Shown here in pieces: positions 28,064 to 34,814 of a DNA stretch of 62,358 nucleotides. Made by a program: the position numbers and the translations under genes. The notes under the pieces were generated by a model. It had not been told where the DNA came from. It made no database searches and saw nothing but the letters and a program-made list of their open reading frames with translations. Position 1 is the stretch's first letter. Every line of letters starts with the position of its first letter. This DNA comes from Acidimicrobiia bacterium (GTDB lineage Bacteria > Actinomycetota > Acidimicrobiia > Spongiisociales > ZC4RG35): the NCBI GenBank assembly GCA_050329955.1, contig JBHJOH010000050.1, positions 1 to 62,358 on the forward strand. The letters are read 5' to 3'.

Positions 28064-28564
28064 ATGAAGCATCGATTCGTACTCATTCCGGCGTTTGCCA
28101 TTGCTCTGGCGGCGTGTGGGGGTGGGGACACCGTCACCGAGCCGACCGAGCCGCCCGCCACGACCACGCCGACGGCTCCTCCGACGACGGTGGCGCCTGG
28201 GGGCGGGCAGGCGATCGGCACCATCGACATCACCATCACCCATCCTGACGCCGATCCGGTCGGCTACACCATCGGGTGCACCGGCGACGCCTTCCCGGTG
28301 ACTCCGGAGGTGCAGGGAGTGGACGGGGCGGCGGCCTGTGACCGCCTGGCCGACCCGGTCGTGCTCGACCGGCTCGTCAACGGGGTCCCGGCCGATCAGG
28401 TCTGCACCGAGATCTACGGCGGTCCCGACGTTGCGGTGATCACGGGATCCATCAACAACGAGGAGATCGACGCCACCGTCGACCGTGCCAACGGGTGCGG
28501 CATCGACGACTGGGACACGCTGCTGGCCGGAGTTCTCCCGCCTGCACTCGGATTCCAGGGCTGA
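28064..28564 (+). CDS. Lipoprotein with a Streptomyces-subtilisin-inhibitor (SSI)-like domain
   Basis: Lipobox LAAC, Thr/Pro linker, then a four-Cys pattern (YTIGCTGD...AAACDRLAD...QVCTEIYGGPDVAVITG...DRANGC) that parallels SSI-family spacing. Assignment made by eye only. Confidence 0.5.
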   Translation: MKHRFVLIPAFAIALAACGGGDTVTEPTEPPATTTPTAPPTTVAPGGGQAIGTIDITITHPDADPVGYTIGCTGDAFPVTPEVQGVDGAAACDRLADPVVLDRLVNGVPADQVCTEIYGGPDVAVITGSINNEEIDATVDRANGCGIDDWDTLLAGVLPPALGFQG

Positions 28565-28632
28565 GCGCCCGGGCCAAGAAGCGAAGCGCCCGGCCGCAGT
28601 GTGCGGTCGGGCACATCCGCCTTCGGGCACGA

Positions 28633-29241
28633 TCAGCCGACGAGTGGCCCGAAGAACCCCGCCGCGAATCGGACCGCCTCATCGAGGGGGAAGAGGCCGA
28701 CACCGTCGACGTCGCCGGCCTGCCAGGTTTTGGCGGCTACCTCGTCTGCGAAGAACACCATCGCCTGACACATCGACAGGGCGGCGTGGCCGTCGGGGTC
28801 CTGCCACCTGATCCCGATCCACGGCTCCGGTGGGTCGGCGAAGAGCACCGTATCGCCGTCCTGCTCGATCACGATCGGCACACCGGTCACGGCGCAGCGT
28901 GACTCGACACGCGTCCTCGACCAGAACACCGGGGCGATGGCAAGTGCGTCGAGCGAGCACATGGCATTGGTGGTGCCCCGGGGCAGGATCACCAGATGGT
29001 CGGTGGCAGCGGTGGTGAACGGGTAGGCGCCCACCACCACGGCGTCCTCGCCGAGGACGAGCAGGTCGAGCGCGGCGAGCTTGCGGGCGTCGGGCGGGTC
29101 GAGGCGTGGTGGGGCACCGGTGTTGGCGAAGGCGTGGAGCACGCTGCGGTGAACCGAGCGGAGGTGGTCGTCGAGAGCGGCCTGACGCGGGGCCAGAGGG
29201 AGGTGTGTGTTGAGGCGGTCGACGGCCGCAGCGGTGTTCAT
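28633..29241 (-). CDS. Alkylmercury lyase (MerB)-family protein, orphan
   Basis: NAMCSLDALAIAPVF and SMCQAMVFFADEVAAKTW resemble the two catalytic-Cys regions of MerB. No merA/merR/merT nearby. Confidence 0.55.
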   Translation of the reverse strand: MNTAAAVDRLNTHLPLAPRQAALDDHLRSVHRSVLHAFANTGAPPRLDPPDARKLAALDLLVLGEDAVVVGAYPFTTAATDHLVILPRGTTNAMCSLDALAIAPVFWSRTRVESRCAVTGVPIVIEQDGDTVLFADPPEPWIGIRWQDPDGHAALSMCQAMVFFADEVAAKTWQAGDVDGVGLFPLDEAVRFAAGFFGPLVG

Positions 29242-29396
29242 GCCCCCAGTCTGGTCGGCCCGAACCGCCCCTGCGTCGGGCGCAAGTTTCCCGCCCGCTG
29301 GTCGTTGGCCTGTTCATCGGGCGTTCATCGGGGGTCCTCGCGTTTCTCCACCGAGAGGGCAATACTGGCGAGGCTGGCAACGAAGGAGTCGAACAG

Positions 29397-30707
29397 GTGT
29401 CGCGCACCTACGTCCTGGACACGTGTGTCCTGCTCGCCGATCCGCACGCAACGCTGCGATTCGACGAGCACCGGGTAGTCCTCCCGCTGGTCGTGATCGA
29501 GGAGCTAGATCGCAAGAAGACCCGGATGGACGAGGTGGGCACCAACGCCCGGCTGGCCATCCGATCTCTCGAAGAGTTCGGCGCCTCCCGACCCGGCGGC
29601 CTTCGCGAGCCGGTCGTTCTCCCCGGTGGCGGGACGTTGCGGATCGAGTTGAACGGGATCGTCTCGGAGCGGCTGCCCAAGGTGCTCGACCCCACCAGCC
29701 CCGACCATCGCATCCTTGCGACCTGCCTCAATCTCGCCGATGTCGGCGAGGATCCGGTGCTGGTGACCAAGGACGCCTCCCTGCGGATCAAAGGCGCCCA
29801 GCTCGGCGTCGAGGTCGAGGACTATCGGGCCGACACCGTCCAGGCCAGCGAGCTGCGCACCGGAGTGGTGGAGTTCGAGACCGGGGGAGATGTGATCGAC
29901 CGGCTCTTCGACCAGGGCAAGATCACCGTCGAGGGTGTGACCGCCGAGGTCAACGAGTTCGTGGTGCTGAAGTCGGGACCGTCCCGGTCGGGGATGGCAC
30001 GCGTGATCGAGTCCCACCCCCAGGTCACGGTGGAACGGGTGTCGGGCACGCCCCGGGCCTTTGGTGTCGAACCGAAGAACATGCGCCAGAACGTGGCGCT
30101 GCACCATCTGCTCGACCCGGACATCCCGGCGGTGTCGCTGATGGGGACGGCCGGCTCGGGTAAGACCTTCCTGGCGTTGGCCGCGGGGCTGGAGCAGGTT
30201 CTCGAACAGGGCCGGTACCGCAAGGTGTCGGTGTACCGACCGCTGGTGGCGGTCGGTCGTCAGGAGGTCGGGTATCTGCCCGGCGACCTCAACGAAAAGC
30301 TCGCCCCCTGGATGGCTGCCGTCCACGACAACCTCCACGCGCTGTTCCATGACAGCGGCGTCGACGGTGCCAAAGCCGCCATCAACGAGCTCACCGATCG
30401 CGGCGAGCTGGAGATGGCCGCCGTCACCTACCTGCGGGGCCGATCCATCACCGGCGAGTTCGTCATCGTCGACGAAGCCCAGAACCTGGAGCTTCCCACC
30501 CTCAAGGTGATCCTCACCCGGATGGCGAAGGACTCGAAGGTGGTGTTCTGCGGCGACCTGTCCCAGGTCGACAACCCCTACATCTCCCCGTACGGAGGCA
30601 TGGCCGCCCTCATCGAGAAGTTCCGCGACAACCCGTTGTTCGGCCACGTCATCCTGGAGAAGTCGATCCGCAGCCCGCTGGCGGAGATGGCGGCGCGAGT
30701 CCTTTAG
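29397..30707 (+). CDS. PhoH2 (PIN domain fused to a PhoH-like ATPase; YlaK-like)
   Basis: PIN N-terminus YVLDTCVLLADP, Walker A GTAGSGKTFLALAAG, Walker B FVIVDEAQN. GTG start after GAAGGAG. Confidence 0.88.
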   Translation: MSRTYVLDTCVLLADPHATLRFDEHRVVLPLVVIEELDRKKTRMDEVGTNARLAIRSLEEFGASRPGGLREPVVLPGGGTLRIELNGIVSERLPKVLDPTSPDHRILATCLNLADVGEDPVLVTKDASLRIKGAQLGVEVEDYRADTVQASELRTGVVEFETGGDVIDRLFDQGKITVEGVTAEVNEFVVLKSGPSRSGMARVIESHPQVTVERVSGTPRAFGVEPKNMRQNVALHHLLDPDIPAVSLMGTAGSGKTFLALAAGLEQVLEQGRYRKVSVYRPLVAVGRQEVGYLPGDLNEKLAPWMAAVHDNLHALFHDSGVDGAKAAINELTDRGELEMAAVTYLRGRSITGEFVIVDEAQNLELPTLKVILTRMAKDSKVVFCGDLSQVDNPYISPYGGMAALIEKFRDNPLFGHVILEKSIRSPLAEMAARVL

Positions 30708-30816
30708 CGGCTGCTGGCAGGGAACGTCCGACGTCCGACGCAACACGCAGGAACAAGCGTTCTGGCCAGCAGCCAGCAGCCAGGAGCCAGAAGCCAGAAG
30801 CTAGGGGCTAGGAGCT
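30708..30816. repeat. Family-A structured intergenic repeat (core GACGTCCGACGCAACACGCA at 30730-30749) with heptamer-word arms
   Basis: GGCTGCTGGCAGGGAACGT ... AGCGTTCTGGCCAGCAGCC form a stem around the core. Followed by GCCAGCA/GCCAGAA word arrays. Confidence 0.7.
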
Positions 30817-32367
30817 CTAGGAGCCAGAAGCCAGCCCCGCTCTGTTGAGAAAGGCGGCCATCTGGCCGCGGGTGACCGTGTCGTCGGGGCAGAACCGGTC
30901 GGGTGCGCATCCCAGGGTGATGCCGGTGGCGGCGAGCCATTCGATGTCGGTTTCGAACACCGAGGTGTTGTCGTCGCCGAAGGTGATGGCGGCGCCCGCT
31001 GGGATGCTTCCTTCCATCGCCCGTCGGAGGAAGGCGGCCATCTGGCCGCGGGTGACGGTGTCGTCGGGGCAGAAGCGGTTTGGTGCGCAGCCGAGGGTGA
31101 TGCCGGTGGCGGCGAGCCATTCGATGTCGGTTTCAAACACCGAGGTGTTGTCGTCGCCAAAGGTGATGGCGGCGCCCGGCTGGATGCGCCCTTCGAGGGC
31201 TCGCCGCAGGAAGGCGGCCATCTGGCCGCGGGTGACGGTCTCGTCCGGGCAGAACCGGGTGTTGAACGGCGGGTTGCAGCCGAGCGTGATCCCAGCGGCG
31301 GCGATTGCCTCGATGTCGGCCTCGAACGGTGACCCATCGTCGTCGGCGAACGTACCCTCGGTGGCTCCCGCCTCCCAGGCGCCCGCCATCGTCACCGTGT
31401 AGTCGTGCGAGGTGGGAGAACCGTCGATGTCGACGCCCGTCACCTCGATCTCGAAGGTCAGGTCGCGTCCTTCTTCGAGCCAGTCGTCGAATCTGGGGTC
31501 GGTCACATCCCAGGACACGGTGGGCAGGAAGCCGTAGTTGGTGGCGTCGTTGTACTGGCTGATCTGAACGCGGCTGCCCTCGAAGCTCATCGAGACGTCC
31601 GCCCCGGTCAGGTCGGCCTCGAGGAACCGGCTGTGCGACAGCGACCAGCGGGTGGTCGAGAGCTCGATGGGGAAGAACCCGGCCGTGGGCCAGGCGATGT
31701 GCTCGGGAGCGCCGACGTGGCCGTCGTCGGGGTAGCCGCCGGTGACCCACATGGCGTAGGACCGTCCGGTGACACCGAACCCGAACGGCCTGGGTGCCGG
31801 CGACAGGATCCACCGTCGGTGACCGACGGCGGTGTTGCCACTGCCCGGGTCGTCCATGAAGCCCTTGGACGCTTCGATCAGGAAGTCCGTCTGGCCGGGT
31901 GGGAACAGGTACAGGTTGGAGTTGGCGGCTCCGTCGTAGCCGCTCTGAGTCCAGCAGTCCCACGAGGATGGCGGTTGATGGGAGAGCGCTCCGTTGGCGT
32001 CCATGATGAGGGCGGCGGCCTGGGCGTCGGCGTCGAGGCCGCTGTCGCGGGTGACGGGGGCGAGGTCGGCCAGCGCCCGGTAGAAGTTCACGGCCGCCAG
32101 CAGATCGTCGCGCACCGAGGCGGGAACCGATCCCGGGTCGCATCCGGCCACCGAACCGGTCCAGGGGGAGGATGGGAAGGTGAGCGAGTCGATCAGGGGG
32201 ACGTAGTCCTGGTCGTAGGCGGCTCGGACCGAGGCGCGGTCGTAGGAGTCGATCGACGAATCGGTCAGGGTTACGGCCGACCAGGGGGCCGGGTCCGGCG
32301 ACGGGGTCGGCTCGGGAGCTGCTGCCGCCGGTGCCGCCATCAGCATCGCCAGGGCGGCGGCGACCAC
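30817..32367 (-). CDS. Secreted CAP/SCP-domain protein with three C-terminal SLH-like cell-wall-binding repeats
   Basis: Signal peptide AALAMLMAAPAAAA, CAP-like LLAAVNFYRALADLAPV...ALSHQP, and 3 x 60-aa repeats F(A/G)DD..S.FE.DIE..AA.GIT.GC....FCPD.TVTRGQMAAFLRRA. Confidence 0.7.
   Translation of the reverse strand: MVAAALAMLMAAPAAAAPEPTPSPDPAPWSAVTLTDSSIDSYDRASVRAAYDQDYVPLIDSLTFPSSPWTGSVAGCDPGSVPASVRDDLLAAVNFYRALADLAPVTRDSGLDADAQAAALIMDANGALSHQPPSSWDCWTQSGYDGAANSNLYLFPPGQTDFLIEASKGFMDDPGSGNTAVGHRRWILSPAPRPFGFGVTGRSYAMWVTGGYPDDGHVGAPEHIAWPTAGFFPIELSTTRWSLSHSRFLEADLTGADVSMSFEGSRVQISQYNDATNYGFLPTVSWDVTDPRFDDWLEEGRDLTFEIEVTGVDIDGSPTSHDYTVTMAGAWEAGATEGTFADDDGSPFEADIEAIAAAGITLGCNPPFNTRFCPDETVTRGQMAAFLRRALEGRIQPGAAITFGDDNTSVFETDIEWLAATGITLGCAPNRFCPDDTVTRGQMAAFLRRAMEGSIPAGAAITFGDDNTSVFETDIEWLAATGITLGCAPDRFCPDDTVTRGQMAAFLNRAGLASGS
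30851..31390. repeat. Three tandem 180-bp coding repeats (SLH-like modules); the first two are nearly identical at DNA level
   Basis: Anchor AAGGCGGCCATCTGGCCGCGGGTGAC recurs at 30851, 31031 and 31211. Confidence 0.85.
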
Positions 32368-32553
32368 CGATCTGAGGATCGACCACTCGTATGGTCGCCG
32401 CTTGGTGTTAATGGGTTCCCCTCCGGATTTTCCACCGGTGATGGCTCACCGGGATCGAGCGGTCATCTTGGGTGTGGCGGCGGCGGTCGTCAACCCCGAG
32501 TAGCGTGCTGGCGCCGGTCGATCGGGAGGACATCGGTGGATTCGCGTTGTGTC

Positions 32554-32979
32554 ATGTATCCGGGGAGCGCTTCACCGCTGTTCCACTTCATCGGGCGTCA
32601 GCTCGAGGCTGCCGGTCGCGAGGTGGTGACGGCCGGTCTCGGGGTTCCACCGGGAGAGGCGAGCATGGTGGTCGCCTTCGGCGAAGCCTGCCAGCTGGCG
32701 GCCGCGGTACCCAATACGCCGGGAGTGTGGCTTTCGCCCGACTTCGGTGACGACGCCACCGCGCAGGCGCTGGCCGCCTCGTCGGGACCGGGTTTGGTGG
32801 TGGGCAGCTTCCTCGACCCTGGCTGGGACCGGGCGGCCGCGGCCCGGTTGCGGCAGTTCGAGATCCTTCAGGTCCCCCATGTGGACCGACACTTCGAGGT
32901 GATCGGGGACCCCGCTGCCACTCTGCAGGTCTACGCCCGCATCATCGAACGGGTGGCTGCGCTCGTCCGCCGGCTCTGA
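32554..32979 (+). CDS. Hypothetical protein (141 aa)
   Basis: Only the last 141 codons of ORF 31405..32979 lie outside the opposite-strand gene, and they show coding-like GC3. No family recognised. Confidence 0.45.
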   Translation: MYPGSASPLFHFIGRQLEAAGREVVTAGLGVPPGEASMVVAFGEACQLAAAVPNTPGVWLSPDFGDDATAQALAASSGPGLVVGSFLDPGWDRAAAARLRQFEILQVPHVDRHFEVIGDPAATLQVYARIIERVAALVRRL

Positions 32980-32999
32980 CGCTCCGATAGAGTCGGCCC

Positions 33000-34517
33000 A
33001 TGTTCAGGGGGAGACTCGCGTTCGCGGCCGCCATGGCCCTGGTCCTGCTCGCATCCACCGTGCCCGTCGCCGCCGATGCCGCCGCTCCCGGAGGCACCTT
33101 CCGGGATGACGATGGCAACGTCCACGAGGGAATGATCGAGGCGGTGGCAGCCGCCGGGATCACCCGGGGATGTAACCCGCCCGCCAACGACCGTTACTGC
33201 CCCGATGACACCGTCACCCGCGGGCAGATGGCAGCGTTCCTGGTGCGGGCGCTGGGGCTGGCACGGACGAGCGGGGATACCTTCACCGACGACAACGGGT
33301 CGGTGTTCGAAGACGACATCGAGCGACTGGCGGCGGCAGGGGTGACGACGGGATGCGCACCGGGCCGGTTCTGCCCCGACGACGTGGTGACCCGCGGTCA
33401 GATGGCGGCCTTTCTGGTCAGGGCCTACGGATACACCGGATCCACCGACGCCAACCCGTTCACCGATGACGACGGGTCGGTGTTCGAGAACGACATCGAG
33501 ATCCTCGCCCAGGCCGGCGTGACGGTCGGCTGCAATCCACCCGACAACGACGCTTTCTGCGGCGACGATCCGGTCAGGCGCGACCAGATGGCCTCGTTCC
33601 TGGGTCGGGCCGAGGGACTCACGGCCATCGCCCCTCCCGCGCGCTGTCCGATCCTCCCGGCCGACAACATCTGGAACACCCCCGTTGACGATCTCCCCGT
33701 TCACCCCCGTTCCGCCGACTACATCGCCTCGATCGGCGCCGGAACCACCATGCACCCCGACTTCGGTTCGGGGGTGTGGCCGCCCGGATCCGACGGTCCC
33801 ATCGGAATCCCGTTCGTGGTGGTGGAAGATGAGCAGCCCGACGTCCCGATCGTGTTCACCGCCTACGGCGATGAGAGCGACCCCGGCCCCTATCCGGTGC
33901 CCGCCGACGCCCCGGTCGAAGGCGGCCCCGACGGTGACGGCGACCGCCACGTGCTGGTGCTCGACAGCGCCGACTGCATGCTCTACGAGCTGTACCGGGC
34001 ATTCCCACAGGACAATGGCTCCTGGACCGCCGACTCGGCCGCCCGCTACGACCTGACCTCGAACCAGCTCCGCCCGGCCGGATGGACCTCGGCCGATGCC
34101 GCCGGCCTGCCCATCTACCCGGGCCTGGTCCGCTACGACGAGGTGGCCGCCGGTGAGATCGCCCACGCCATCCGTTTCACCGTCTCCCAAACCCAGCGCG
34201 CCTACGTCTGGCCCGCCCGCCACTTCGCATCGTCGAACACCGACACGTCACTCCCACCCATGGGCCAGCGCTTCCGGATGCGCGCCGACTATGACATCTC
34301 CGACTTCTCCCCGCAGATCCAGGTGATCCTGACCGCCTTCAAACGCTACGGCCTGATCGTCGCCGACAACGGCTCCGACTGGTACGTCTCCGGCGCCCCT
34401 GACGAGCGCTGGGACAACGACATGCTCCGCCAGCTCAAGGAAATCCCCGGCTCGGCCTTCGAAGCCGTCGACGTGACATCGTTGATCGTCGACGAAGACT
34501 CGGGCGAAGCTCGATAA
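33000..34517 (+). CDS. Secreted protein: three N-terminal SLH-like repeats plus a conserved C-terminal domain of unknown function
   Basis: Signal peptide, then 3 x F.DD.G..(H/F)E.DIE..A.AG(I/V)T.GC....(Y/F)C(P/G)DD.V.R.QMA.FL.RA. The C-terminal ~330 aa (RHVLVLDSADCMLYELY...GWTSADAAGLPIYPGLVRYDEV...ADNGSDWYVSG) is not assignable by eye. Confidence 0.7.
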   Translation: MFRGRLAFAAAMALVLLASTVPVAADAAAPGGTFRDDDGNVHEGMIEAVAAAGITRGCNPPANDRYCPDDTVTRGQMAAFLVRALGLARTSGDTFTDDNGSVFEDDIERLAAAGVTTGCAPGRFCPDDVVTRGQMAAFLVRAYGYTGSTDANPFTDDDGSVFENDIEILAQAGVTVGCNPPDNDAFCGDDPVRRDQMASFLGRAEGLTAIAPPARCPILPADNIWNTPVDDLPVHPRSADYIASIGAGTTMHPDFGSGVWPPGSDGPIGIPFVVVEDEQPDVPIVFTAYGDESDPGPYPVPADAPVEGGPDGDGDRHVLVLDSADCMLYELYRAFPQDNGSWTADSAARYDLTSNQLRPAGWTSADAAGLPIYPGLVRYDEVAAGEIAHAIRFTVSQTQRAYVWPARHFASSNTDTSLPPMGQRFRMRADYDISDFSPQIQVILTAFKRYGLIVADNGSDWYVSGAPDERWDNDMLRQLKEIPGSAFEAVDVTSLIVDEDSGEAR

Positions 34518-34814
34518 CGAGAGCTGCCAGCGACAGCGCCGTGAAAAGCCTTGTCCCCCTCGAGCTTGCGAGAGGGGGAAGGGGCCCCCGTGAGGAACGA
34601 GCGGGGTAGGGGGGGCCTCTCCCTCGCGAGCATGATCACGCGTTCCGGACGCGTGCGAGTTCATCTCGCGGGCTCTCAACCCCCCTACCCCGCTCCTCCG
34701 TCGCGGGGGCCCCTTCCCCCACTGCGTGGGGGACAATGCTATTCCCTGATGCGCGATCCCAGTGCGCAGAACGTGAAGCTCGACTGCGTGTTGCGTGTTA
34801 CGTCGGACGTCATC
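34518..34814. repeat. Convergent-gene spacer holding a ~147-nt nested palindrome (34574-34720) and a reverse-orientation family-A core (34785-34811)
   Basis: Perfect sub-arms 34574-34589/34705-34720 (16 bp) and 34599-34613/34681-34695 (15 bp). Inner hairpin CACGCGT-TCCGG-ACGCGTG (34637-34655). Core TGCGTGTTGCGTGTTACGTCGGACGTC ends 3 nt before the GGDEF/EAL stop codon. Confidence 0.7.

Noticed and set aside
31405-32979. 524-aa plus-strand ORF.
   Set aside because: The first ~380 codons are antisense to the CAP/SLH gene. Only the last 141 codons (32554..32979) are retained as a possible small gene.
34574-34720. 6C RNA (the actinobacterial sRNA with two C-rich loops).
   Set aside because: The C-runs here are base-paired to matching G-runs in the palindrome arms and are not exposed in loops. 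Size and layout do not fit the 6C architecture.
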